Shown: positions 18,547 to 26,683, counted from the stretch's first letter. The stretch is 35,093 nucleotides of DNA from an uncultured Candidatus Saccharibacteria bacterium (GCA_964350885.1 CAYGKV010000008.1:1-35093), one strand, 5' to 3'. The notes: generated by a model from the sequence alone, not told the origin. Made by a program: numbers and translations.

Positions 18547-19208
18547 TCCAAATCGTATCTTTTTAACGCACCGGTATCCATATCCTGAAGGTAGGAACGG
18601 ATCTTCTTTGTGTAGTTTCCGAAAACTTCCCCGAAAAGATCGGTGGTCAAAACCGAAGGGAAGTTTTTTATGCCACAATAATCTTGGTAGCTACTCCATC
18701 TATATTGTTTCAAGTGGGCAAGACACGCTCCCGCATCGCGAACCTTGTGTGCTCTCCAGTTCTTCTCTTGAGGCATCATGTCGAGGGGATTAAGGTGTAT
18801 GTAATTGAGTATGTGTAAAAAATGAGCGTCGGTATCGATCAGTATCTTTTTTGTACGTCCCTGAAATAATGTTCCGCATCGTTTATGGCGTTCATTGAAA
18901 TACTTGGAATAGCCGATGTTGAGTCGTCGTATAAAATTGGTCATCCCGCCCTCCGATACCTCCGAAAGCAGGAGGTGGTAGTGGTTGCCCATAAGACACC
19001 ATCCGTGAATATCAACAGTTCGCTCCTTTAATGACGGACTTACGAAGTCGGTCATCGGAGAGTTGGCGACGCGACGTCGAATATTTTCTACCTGCCGAGA
19101 GTCATTGAATTCCCACATATCGTGTACAAAACGCGCGCGATCCCTATCATCGGTGAATATGATTCGCTTATCGACGCCGCGATTTAACACGTGGAATAGC
19201 TCACTCAT
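18543..19208 (-). CDS. REP-associated tyrosine (HUH/Y1) transposase, copy 2
   Basis: FHVLNRGVDKR, WCLMGNHYHL (HUH), YFNERHKRCGTLFQGR, YIHLNP, YRWSSY. Start at ATG 19208. Confidence 0.92.
   Translation of the reverse strand: MSELFHVLNRGVDKRIIFTDDRDRARFVHDMWEFNDSRQVENIRRRVANSPMTDFVSPSLKERTVDIHGWCLMGNHYHLLLSEVSEGGMTNFIRRLNIGYSKYFNERHKRCGTLFQGRTKKILIDTDAHFLHILNYIHLNPLDMMPQEKNWRAHKVRDAGACLAHLKQYRWSSYQDYCGIKNFPSVLTTDLFGEVFGNYTKKIRSYLQDMDTGALKRYDLE
19031..19055. repeat. REP-like palindrome, family B, intragenic copy
   Basis: ATGACGGACTTACGAAGTCGGTCAT (one mismatch), in frame within the transposase, encoding MTDFVSPS. Confidence 0.9.
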
Positions 19209-19230
19209 GGTTAGTGTACAGGATTGTACC

Positions 19231-19255
19231 ATGACGGACTTACGAAGTCCGTCAT
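19231..19255. repeat. REP-like palindrome, family B, right copy (inverted)
   Basis: ATGACGGACTTACGAAGTCCGTCAT, the exact reverse complement of 18522-18546. Confidence 0.92.
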
Positions 19256-19285
19256 GGGGTGTGGCGATGCCGCATAATTGAAGCT

Positions 19286-21010
19286 ATGAGCGATACCGTG
19301 CAGCAGATAAAAGACAAACTTTCGATTGTGGACGTCGTCTCGCAATACGTGAAGCTTGATCGAGCGGGAGCGTCTCTGCGTGCGCGTTGCCCCTTTCATG
19401 CGGAGCGCACGCCTTCGTTCCATGTCTCACTCGAGCGCGGTACGTACCACTGCTTTGGCTGCAACGCGGGCGGCGACATTTTTTCATTTGTTGAGGCGAT
19501 TGAGGGATTGGATTTCAAAGGGGCTCTCAAAGTGCTTGCAGAGAAAGCGGGCGTTGAATTGGTGTATGAGCGCGGAGGCAAAGAGAAGAAAGACGAGCGG
19601 GAGCAACTCTTTGAACTTCTGGAAGCGGCTACCATTTTTTATTCGTCGCGCCTCAACGATGCGGCAAAAAAGTATTTAAAAGAACGAGGAATACACGATG
19701 CGACCATTCAAGCGTTTCGTCTCGGATTGGCAGGAGATTCGTGGAGCGAGGCATCGGAATATCTGAAAGGAAAAAGATTCACGGAGAAACAAATCCTCGA
19801 TGCAGGGTTGGCAAAAAAGAGTGAGCGGGGGACGCTCACCGACAAGTTTCGAAATCGCATCATGTTTCCCATCAACGATAGCGCGGGGAGGATTGTCGGA
19901 TTCTCGGGCCGCATTTTTGGCGAGAATGTCTCACCTGAGGCGCCGAAATATCTCAATAGTCCGGAAACACCTCTCTTTCACAAATCCCGTATCTTGTATG
20001 GATTCGATAAGGCGAAAGTAGCCATTCGGAAGCTTAATTGCGCGATATTAGTGGAAGGGCAAATGGATTTGTTGGCTTCACATCAGGCCGGATGGGTAAA
20101 CACCCTTGCCGTTTCTGGTACGGCCTTTACTCCCGAGCATGCGGCCTTGATTCGCCGCATGACAGACAATCTCGTCCTCGCGCTCGACCCTGACGCGGCG
20201 GGCATCAAGGCCGCAGGGCGCGCCGCGCGCGCCGCGTTGCATGGCGGGCTCAATGTGAAAGTTGCGCAGCTGCCGGCGGGCCTCGATCCTGCCGATCTGA
20301 TACAGAAAGAAGGTGTCGATGCGTGGAAAAAGGCAATTCGCGAATCAAAAGATATTATTACGTTTCTTCTGGATGTGCTCGAAGAGCATACGCCGCAACA
20401 AGATCGTTTTCGACGCGTTGTCGAAGCGGTCGTACTGCCGTTTCTTACCGATGTACAAAGCCCCATCGCGCGCGAACAGTATCTTCATGAGATCGCAAAT
20501 CGTTTGGGTGTCTCCGAACAAGCAGTTTCTGAGGCATTACAAAAGGTCCCTCGCACGCCCACTGAAACGGAGGCTCGTGCGCCGCACCACGAGACGCAAC
20601 ATACCCCCCACGACACACGTGCTTCTGAAAGGGCACGACAAGCATTTTCGATTTTGCTCTGGCAGCAATCGCTTGGGAAACCATCCATAGATCTTGCCGC
20701 GTACGCACAACAATTTGAGGAGGCGATCGGGACAGAGGCCTTCGCGGCACTCGGCGCGCTCTCAGAAAAAGAACGCGAGACCCTCCGATTCTCCGCCGAA
20801 GGACTCTACGGGTCAAGTGCTACGCCTGAACGTGAGGCCAAAGCGCTCCTTTCGGTTATTTTGAAAGAATTACTTGCCGGCGAATTAGGGAGAGCAACAC
20901 TGGCGCTCAAGAAGGCCGAAAACGCAAAAGATGAGAAGGAGATAGCAAGGCTCGTGGGTGTGTGTAAACTGTTGACAACTCGGATTGGACAATTGCACGA
21001 AAAAGTATAG
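19286..21010 (+). CDS. dnaG: DNA primase
   Basis: CPFHAERTPSF...CFGC zinc finger, FRNRIMFPI, PKYLNSPET, TOPRIM VEGQMD, DPAD; upstream of rpoD. Confidence 0.97.
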   Translation: MSDTVQQIKDKLSIVDVVSQYVKLDRAGASLRARCPFHAERTPSFHVSLERGTYHCFGCNAGGDIFSFVEAIEGLDFKGALKVLAEKAGVELVYERGGKEKKDEREQLFELLEAATIFYSSRLNDAAKKYLKERGIHDATIQAFRLGLAGDSWSEASEYLKGKRFTEKQILDAGLAKKSERGTLTDKFRNRIMFPINDSAGRIVGFSGRIFGENVSPEAPKYLNSPETPLFHKSRILYGFDKAKVAIRKLNCAILVEGQMDLLASHQAGWVNTLAVSGTAFTPEHAALIRRMTDNLVLALDPDAAGIKAAGRAARAALHGGLNVKVAQLPAGLDPADLIQKEGVDAWKKAIRESKDIITFLLDVLEEHTPQQDRFRRVVEAVVLPFLTDVQSPIAREQYLHEIANRLGVSEQAVSEALQKVPRTPTETEARAPHHETQHTPHDTRASERARQAFSILLWQQSLGKPSIDLAAYAQQFEEAIGTEAFAALGALSEKERETLRFSAEGLYGSSATPEREAKALLSVILKELLAGELGRATLALKKAENAKDEKEIARLVGVCKLLTTRIGQLHEKV

Positions 21011-21132
21011 ACTTGTGCGCTTGGTCTCACTCTGCTAAATCGTCGAAGAAACAAGGGGTTTTTTAGGGTAGGACCGCATAAAACAAGTATCCCTTAGGGA
21101 AGAGATTCAGTGCGAGTCTTCTTTTTCTGCGT

Positions 21133-22422
21133 ATGGTAAAAACAAAACGAAATAAAAACAAACGGAAAGTAGCGAAGCGCGCTCCTGCTAAAAAGCGAGG
21201 CCTTAAGAAGCGCGCGGTCTCTACTCGTGCCAGAAAAAATCGTACCACACGAAAGAAAGTGGGGGGTGTGAATAAGTCGAAGCGATTACCGCGAGCACGT
21301 AAGGGCCACAAGGCGGTTTCTGCATCAAGTGGGAAAGCATCGATGGGTAAGCGGCAAGGGAAAGTGGATGCCCTGATCACGCTTGGGAAAGAGCGCGGCT
21401 ATATCACCTACGATGAGATCTTGCGCGAGTTTCCGACGATCGAAGACAATGTCGTTTTGCTCGAAGAGATGTACGAGCTTTTCACTGTTGCGGGTATCGA
21501 CGTCTTGGAAGGCGGCGGCATGTTGGAAGATACTTCGGCCGATATTGTATTAGAAAGGAAAAAACTGCAGAATCGTCGCGCGGATGCCGGATATGATTCC
21601 GTGCAGATGTATTTGCGAGAAATCGGACAGTATCCACTTTTGAATGGTCAACAAGAAAAGGATTTGGCGAAACGCATTCTAACCGGCGATGATGAGGCGC
21701 GCAGCATTCTCGCACGCTCCAATCTCCGCCTCGTCGTCTCTATCGCCAAGAAGTATGTGAATAGAAGCCCCGATTTGACCCTCCTCGACCTCATCCAAGA
21801 GGGAAACCTTGGCCTCTTTAAGGCTGTCGACAAATTTGACTACACCAAGGGTTATAAGTTTTCAACGTACGCAACCTGGTGGATCCGACAGGCTATTACA
21901 CGCGCTCTGGCCGATCAGTCTCGCACTATTCGCATCCCCGTCCACATGGTGGAAACTATTGCAAAATATAAACAGAAAGTACGCGAGCTTTCTCAGCACC
22001 TGGGCCGCGATCCGCTTCCAGAAGAAATTGCCGCCGAAATGGGAATCGAAATCGATAAAATCTACACTATTCAAAAGATCAACCAGGATACCGTCTCCCT
22101 CGAATCTCCTGTGGGCGAAGATGATGATGAGCGCTCGACACTCGGCAGCTTCATCGCGGATGATACCATCGCGAGCCCCGACATGGATGCTTCGCGCCGC
22201 ATACTCAATGAGCAAATGGCAGAGATCCTCGAAGAGCTTTCTCCCAAAGAGCGGAAAATTTTGGAAATGCGCAATGGCCTCACCGACGAGGGGATCTGCT
22301 TCACACTCGAAGAAGTGGGTCGCGAATTTGGCGTTACCCGCGAACGCATCCGCCAAATCGAGGCCAAAGCGCTCGAGCGCATCCGTTTCCACGATCGCGC
22401 CAAACAGCTCCGCAGCTATTAA
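21133..22422 (+). CDS. rpoD: Primary sigma70 factor with a basic N-terminal extension
   Basis: Region 1.1-like [69 protein letters not shown]. Confidence 0.97.
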   Translation: MVKTKRNKNKRKVAKRAPAKKRGLKKRAVSTRARKNRTTRKKVGGVNKSKRLPRARKGHKAVSASSGKASMGKRQGKVDALITLGKERGYITYDEILREFPTIEDNVVLLEEMYELFTVAGIDVLEGGGMLEDTSADIVLERKKLQNRRADAGYDSVQMYLREIGQYPLLNGQQEKDLAKRILTGDDEARSILARSNLRLVVSIAKKYVNRSPDLTLLDLIQEGNLGLFKAVDKFDYTKGYKFSTYATWWIRQAITRALADQSRTIRIPVHMVETIAKYKQKVRELSQHLGRDPLPEEIAAEMGIEIDKIYTIQKINQDTVSLESPVGEDDDERSTLGSFIADDTIASPDMDASRRILNEQMAEILEELSPKERKILEMRNGLTDEGICFTLEEVGREFGVTRERIRQIEAKALERIRFHDRAKQLRSY

Positions 22423-22494
22423 CCTTGAGCGGCATCGGCTTTGTCCGAACGCATCTCCATTTCGAGATCCTATACCCCCACCTCCGGTTTGTCC

Positions 22495-22535
22495 AAAAAC
22501 AAACGACTCGTACGGCCTCACTGGTCGTACGAGTC
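22495..22535 (-). terminator. Intrinsic terminator-like hairpin
   Basis: GACTCGTACGGCC-tcact-GGTCGTACGAGTC (22505-22535), followed on the minus strand by GTTTGTTTTT. Confidence 0.65.
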
Positions 22536-22986
22536 AGTCTCTTGGTTTGATCAAGATGAATTTCTCAATCCATCTCCAGCCTGGTTGGTGAACGAGATTC
22601 CTTGCGGCGAAGTTGACGCAAAGGCTCGTCGTACTGCTCACAAACGTAGGCCATAAGCAGCTTGCGAGAAATTCTGGCGTGTCGTTCAGCCAATGAACCC
22701 CAGCGCTAAAGGCGAAGGTCATCGCCGCTGGTATTGCACTCCCCCAGAAATACGCAGACATCGGCCCATCAATCTTTTCGGAAATGCGTTGTGCTACGCC
22801 GGCGGTCACCCCTGTCGACAGAGCCGACATGAGCGCTTGTGAAAAACCGGCTCGTAGATATTCAACGATGCTATGATCCCCATTGATCCATCCAACGATG
22901 ACCCCCTGGAAAATGGCCGAGACTATGGCTAGTTTCCAATTAAATACGTTGCAGCAGAACGCCACAACGTTTCTGAGCAACTTCAT
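22534..22986 (-). CDS. Hypothetical integral membrane protein (~4 TM)
   Basis: Several hydrophobic segments; GGAGGGAGG Shine-Dalgarno; own TGGACA-N16-TAGGAT promoter at 23046-23073. Confidence 0.75.
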   Translation of the reverse strand: MKLLRNVVAFCCNVFNWKLAIVSAIFQGVIVGWINGDHSIVEYLRAGFSQALMSALSTGVTAGVAQRISEKIDGPMSAYFWGSAIPAAMTFAFSAGVHWLNDTPEFLASCLWPTFVSSTTSLCVNFAARNLVHQPGWRWIEKFILIKPRD

Positions 22987-23137
22987 GACGTCCTCCCTCC
23001 AGAAAAATATGTGGTTCTATGATTCGGCGAACAGAGCCGGATCCAATCCTAACCTTTGCTTTGGGTTTGTCCAAAGAACGCACCTCCTGTAGTATCGCGT
23101 GACTGCTCTTTGAGATAGTAAACATGGAGGTGCGCCG

Positions 23138-23650
23138 ATGAGGCGATTCTTTGCTCTTGTGGTCGCGACATGGTTTGGTAGCGGCCTTATCCCCCCGATC
23201 ATCCTGAAAGGGATGGCGGGCACGTACGGTAGCCTTGCGGCATTGCCGATTTGCTACCTCGCGCTCCTCTGGTTGGGAGCAACGGGGTACATCATCCTGA
23301 CGTTGGCCGTGTTTCTGGTCGGCGTTTGGAGCATCCCGATCGCTGAAATCGCGCTCGGTCCACGAAAAGATTGGCGCGGACATGCGAAAGATCACGATCA
23401 AAACGAGATCGTGATCGACGAGGTGATTGGCATGCTGATTACCTGCATGCCGCTGTTGTGGATCCGACACGATTCGTGGGTCGCGTATCCTGTGGCCTTC
23501 GGGCTTTTCAGGCTGTTCGACATAACAAAGCCGCAGCCAATTGGGTTCTTCGATCGCATGCAGAGTGCGACAGGAGTGATGCTTGATGATGTCGTGGCCG
23601 GGGTGTACGCGGCAGTCGCCCTTGTCGCAATAATTGTGCTTGTTGGTTGA
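23138..23650 (+). CDS. pgpA: Phosphatidylglycerophosphatase A family protein
   Basis: ATWFGSG...GTYGSL, DHDQNEIVIDEVIG, FRLFDITKPQPI, GVMLDDVVAG; GGAGG SD. Confidence 0.93.
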   Translation: MRRFFALVVATWFGSGLIPPIILKGMAGTYGSLAALPICYLALLWLGATGYIILTLAVFLVGVWSIPIAEIALGPRKDWRGHAKDHDQNEIVIDEVIGMLITCMPLLWIRHDSWVAYPVAFGLFRLFDITKPQPIGFFDRMQSATGVMLDDVVAGVYAAVALVAIIVLVG

Positions 23651-23654
23651 TGGT

Positions 23655-23695
23655 GTCGGGCGGTTTCTGGAGAAACCGCCCGACCCCGACTTTTT
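23655..23695 (+). terminator. Intrinsic terminator after pgpA
   Basis: GTCGGGCGGTTTCT-gg-AGAAACCGCCCGAC with a downstream TTTTT. Confidence 0.75.
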
Positions 23696-23720
23696 ATATC
23701 AAATCTCCTGTTTACCAAAG

Positions 23721-24065
23721 TTAGTCTAGGACTCTCTTCAGGTGAGAAGTCGCGATAGGTAGTATGTGTTTGTATCTCTCCTCAGAGTATTCAGCTGTCA
23801 CGATGTTCCCGGGGCCACGATAGAAGGCTGTAAGTTTGGGATTGAAATTTTCTACATCTTGTGGGGATGTATCTTGAGGTCCGATCCAAGCGGCATCTCC
23901 GCCTTCGTCATCATGATGATCAAGTTGGAAGACACGATAGACAACACCTGGCTTGAATCTTTCGGCCAGAGCATCGAGCACCGCTGCATCGACGTCATCT
24001 CGTAGCTTTACAAGACTTCCTTTTTCGAACGTCTCTCTCGGTGCCCCGCGCATCTTTTCAATCAT
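23721..24065 (-). CDS. Hypothetical protein (114 aa)
   Basis: Clean ORF with TGGACA-N17-TAGCAT 6 nt before the ATG; no family recognised. Confidence 0.75.
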   Translation of the reverse strand: MIEKMRGAPRETFEKGSLVKLRDDVDAAVLDALAERFKPGVVYRVFQLDHHDDEGGDAAWIGPQDTSPQDVENFNPKLTAFYRGPGNIVTAEYSEERYKHILPIATSHLKRVLD

Positions 24066-24099
24066 GGGCGAATGCTATCCCCCCGCGTCGTGTTTGTCC

Positions 24100-24138
24100 A
24101 AAAAAGAACGACCGGGTACCCACCCGGTCGAGTTTTTT
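24100..24138. terminator. Bidirectional-type terminator
   Basis: A-tract, CGACCGGGT-accc-ACCCGGTCG, T-tract. Confidence 0.75.
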
Positions 24139-24157
24139 GGAGCAGAAGGTTCGGCGG

Positions 24158-24466
24158 TCAATTGAATTTATATTTACCGATAACCTCCATTGATGTGAAG
24201 ACTCCGATCGAGAGCTTAAGCCCATCGACCGAAAGAATTGGCATCGGTTTGTCGAGTAGTTCGTGCCAAACCGTGACGGTCACCAATGGGCCGTCAAGCG
24301 ACCGTTTCCAATGCAGCAAGAATCTTTGCATTCTCGGGAACTCGGGACAATGATCGTAGTCCTGATAAATGAATTCCTCAACAAGCTGCTTGCTGTCGGG
24401 CAGTCGGTAAAGGACATCTAACGAGGCAATTCCGTACCCCTTAGCATGAGTGATCAGGCCTCCCAT
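24158..24466 (-). CDS. Usg-like protein
   Basis: GYGIASLDVLYRLPD...FIYQDYDHCPEFPRMQRFLLHWKRSLDGPL..V...H matches the Usg family pattern (GY..T..I.Y.MPD...WQDYD.AP.FP.L..FL..W....GPL). AGGAGG SD before ATG 24466. Confidence 0.8.
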   Translation of the reverse strand: MGGLITHAKGYGIASLDVLYRLPDSKQLVEEFIYQDYDHCPEFPRMQRFLLHWKRSLDGPLVTVTVWHELLDKPMPILSVDGLKLSIGVFTSMEVIGKYKFN

Positions 24467-24567
24467 GTTGTGCCTCCTCCAATCGTTGAGTCTATCGAAA
24501 GAGCGGGATTGCTCTAGGGCGATGGTATACCCCCCCAACGATTTGTCCAAAAGCCGACTGTATGGTC

Positions 24568-24684
24568 TTATCGGCGTTTCAGCTTGCGTGCGGCGAGCAT
24601 CGCGTATTTCGTTGCGATGCGCTTTTTTGTCTTTCTCGAACGCGACTTCTTATTCTTTATATCCTGACTTGCTCTTTTTGCCAT
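24568..24684 (-). CDS. 38-aa very basic small protein (not in ORF track)
   Basis: MAKRASQDIKNKKSRSRKTKKRIATKYAMLAARKLKRR; TTTACA-N16-TATACT 7 nt upstream; fills the intergenic gap. Confidence 0.7.
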   Translation of the reverse strand: MAKRASQDIKNKKSRSRKTKKRIATKYAMLAARKLKRR

Positions 24685-24750
24685 GTAGGCGAGTATACCT
24701 TATTTTTGGTTTGTGTAAAAGCAGGCGTTGTAGTAGGATATGCCGAATTT

Positions 24751-25809
24751 ATGGCTACAAAGAAAGAGGGCTTAGTACAATTTATATTGGAGCGGAACAA
24801 GGCACAGAGCAAAGAATTTTGCTCGCCGGGCTCCCAACTTGGACGTCGCTTGTATCGCGCCCAGCATCCAAGCGAAATATTGGCACTCAAATGCATGGAT
24901 GGCCGACTCAATCTTTCGGTCATGACGCATACACCGCCGGGCATCATCAAGCCGTACCGCAACATCGGTGGCAAATTCGACCTCGGATGGCCTTTCTTCG
25001 GTCGCCTTATCCTCGATGATGTCGAACACGCAGTTTCAAAAGGCCGCCCGACAGTCGTTCTTTCCACATATCATTTTTCGAAAGGGGATACGCATCGTGG
25101 TTGTGCCGGGCACAAGTATGATACGGATGCGGCGCGTAAAGGCGCGATTCGGCTGGCAGGGCAATTCAGATCCGCATTCGGTGGCAATCATGTGGCGGTG
25201 TTTCCGATGGTCGTCGGTATTGAAACGGACGAAGGGGGTCTCGTCTTTCACGGTGAAGGAAAAGATACATTCGACGTGGCAAATCACGTTGATGCGAACG
25301 CCGACAATATTCACAGCCAGCTGCGGCACATGTTTCCTGCGATACCGGAGCATATTATCGACGACCTCATGCCGCTTGTCGTCGGCAATCAGAAGTATGT
25401 AAAGGACATTCGCGCCTCCAAGCGGCCCGTTGTTGAGATGGAGCACAAAGAGCAGATAATCGCAGTCGGACGCGGCTTTGACTGGCTGCACTTGCCGAAC
25501 AGGGCACTCATGATAGGGCCGTACGACCCACAATGGGAAAGCGCGGTCGCAACAGCCGGCAATATTATCTTGGGCAATATGAAAGCGAAACGCATACCGG
25601 AAAAAGAAGGTGCCTTGCTTCTTGTCTTGGCGCCGTTCCGCTCTGTCGGCGCTGACCAGGGTGTTGCTGTTGAAAAAGCGGAATTTCTTGCACGCGAAGC
25701 GGAGCGAGTCTTGAAAGAAGAAGTCCCCACGATAATAAAGAAAATCAGAATCCTCGTCGGAACTGTCGACCTGAACACCCGGCAATTCCATATTTTGCGG
25801 AGGAAATGA
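24751..25809 (+). CDS. CsoSCA-like (beta-class-related) carbonic anhydrase
   Basis: KCMDGRL (Cys-x-Asp-x-Arg), NIGGKFDLGWP, YHFSKGDTHRGCAGH (His...Cys zinc ligands with the long CsoSCA-type spacer). Start reassigned to ATG 24751. Confidence 0.8.
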   Translation: MATKKEGLVQFILERNKAQSKEFCSPGSQLGRRLYRAQHPSEILALKCMDGRLNLSVMTHTPPGIIKPYRNIGGKFDLGWPFFGRLILDDVEHAVSKGRPTVVLSTYHFSKGDTHRGCAGHKYDTDAARKGAIRLAGQFRSAFGGNHVAVFPMVVGIETDEGGLVFHGEGKDTFDVANHVDANADNIHSQLRHMFPAIPEHIIDDLMPLVVGNQKYVKDIRASKRPVVEMEHKEQIIAVGRGFDWLHLPNRALMIGPYDPQWESAVATAGNIILGNMKAKRIPEKEGALLLVLAPFRSVGADQGVAVEKAEFLAREAERVLKEEVPTIIKKIRILVGTVDLNTRQFHILRRK

Positions 25810-25814
25810 AAGAT

Positions 25815-25850
25815 CAAGCCGCCGGACGCATCAGCGCCGGCGGCTTGTTT
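25815..25850. terminator. Terminator between convergent genes
   Basis: CAAGCCGCCGG...CCGGCGGCTTG followed by TTTGTGTT. Confidence 0.7.
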
Positions 25851-25865
25851 GTGTTGTGTTGCGGC

Positions 25866-26546
25866 CTATGCCGCGGCACGTTCTCGCAGTTGTTGGCCGA
25901 CGACATCAATGACCGCTTCGCACATTTCGTTGATTGACATCGAGGCAGGGAACAGACAGGGCTTTTTTTGCCCATGCTTCGGATCGAAGTAGCGTTCCAA
26001 CGCCCGTGCTTCATGTGCCATGAATTTCTTTAGCACTGAAGGTTCCATGTCTTTGAGGGCGGGAAATGTGCGAAGCAGATTTTCCGTGTCCTCGACGTTG
26101 GCGGTTGGGATGAAATACAGTGGCGGGCTGATACCCTGCTCCACCACCCGCATTCTTACGAGCGAGTGATGCACCCGCTCTGCTTCGTCGATGTCGATAG
26201 TTCTGTCGCAACACGCGGTTGCGTATAGTTGTGCGTCGAGCCCGAAACGTTCAATCAGCACGATGTCATTCTCAGACAGCGCCGGACGAAGCGTTGTGAC
26301 CGCCCACTCGTTCAGCCGTTTCCAGCAATTGAGAAGACGTGTCGTCGGGTGTTGCCCCTGTTCCTCAGGATTCCAGAGGAGGGGGAGCGGAAACTTCCGC
26401 CGCCCGTTGACGAAGAATGGACAGCCGAGCATCGCTACCCGTTTGTCCGGGATGTGCTCCGGTAGCCGTACCTTCAAAGCCTCATAGAGGGGCTTTGTCC
26501 GAGCGGCTGCGACTCCCGAGACGGAATAAAAAAGAGCTTGGTGCAA
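25866..26546 (-). CDS. Degenerate thymidylate-kinase-like protein
   Basis: TTG start at 26546 after GGGGAGG. LRPALSENDIVLIERFGLDAQLY resembles Tmk I.PAL..G.IVI.DRY..S..AY; the P-loop position reads FYSVSGVAAARTK. TTGACA-N16-TAGGAT at 26600-26627. Confidence 0.6.
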   Translation of the reverse strand: MHQALFYSVSGVAAARTKPLYEALKVRLPEHIPDKRVAMLGCPFFVNGRRKFPLPLLWNPEEQGQHPTTRLLNCWKRLNEWAVTTLRPALSENDIVLIERFGLDAQLYATACCDRTIDIDEAERVHHSLVRMRVVEQGISPPLYFIPTANVEDTENLLRTFPALKDMEPSVLKKFMAHEARALERYFDPKHGQKKPCLFPASMSINEMCEAVIDVVGQQLRERAAA

Positions 26547-26643
26547 TTTGGGCCTCCCCTTGTGATTGGTTTCTATCCTTTGTAGAAAAGGATCGAGACA
26601 TCCTATTCCTAAGCCGTTTTTTGTCAATTCGATGCTGTGTATT

Positions 26644-26673
26644 AAAGAAGAGGCCCGGCGTTGCCGCCGGGCC
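26644..26673 (-). terminator. Intrinsic terminator after the 43-aa ORF
   Basis: GGCCCGGCG-GCAA-CGCCGGGCC (GNRA loop) then TCTTCTTT on the minus strand. Confidence 0.8.
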
Positions 26674-26683
26674 CGTGGCTTTG

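Noticed and set aside
18522..19255. Three 25-nt palindromic repeats as a CRISPR array
   Set aside because: Spacing is about 480 and 175 nt, orientations are mixed, there are no cas genes, and the repeats bracket an HUH transposase.
21095..21128. Weak hairpin plus T-run just upstream of rpoD as an attenuator
   Set aside because: The stem is short and AT/GU-rich with no evident anti-terminator; support is insufficient.
24450..25019. 189-aa plus-strand ORF and the extended carbonic anhydrase start at 24562
   Set aside because: They overlap the Usg-like gene, the 38-aa ORF and their promoters; ATG 24751 has its own upstream TAGGAT.
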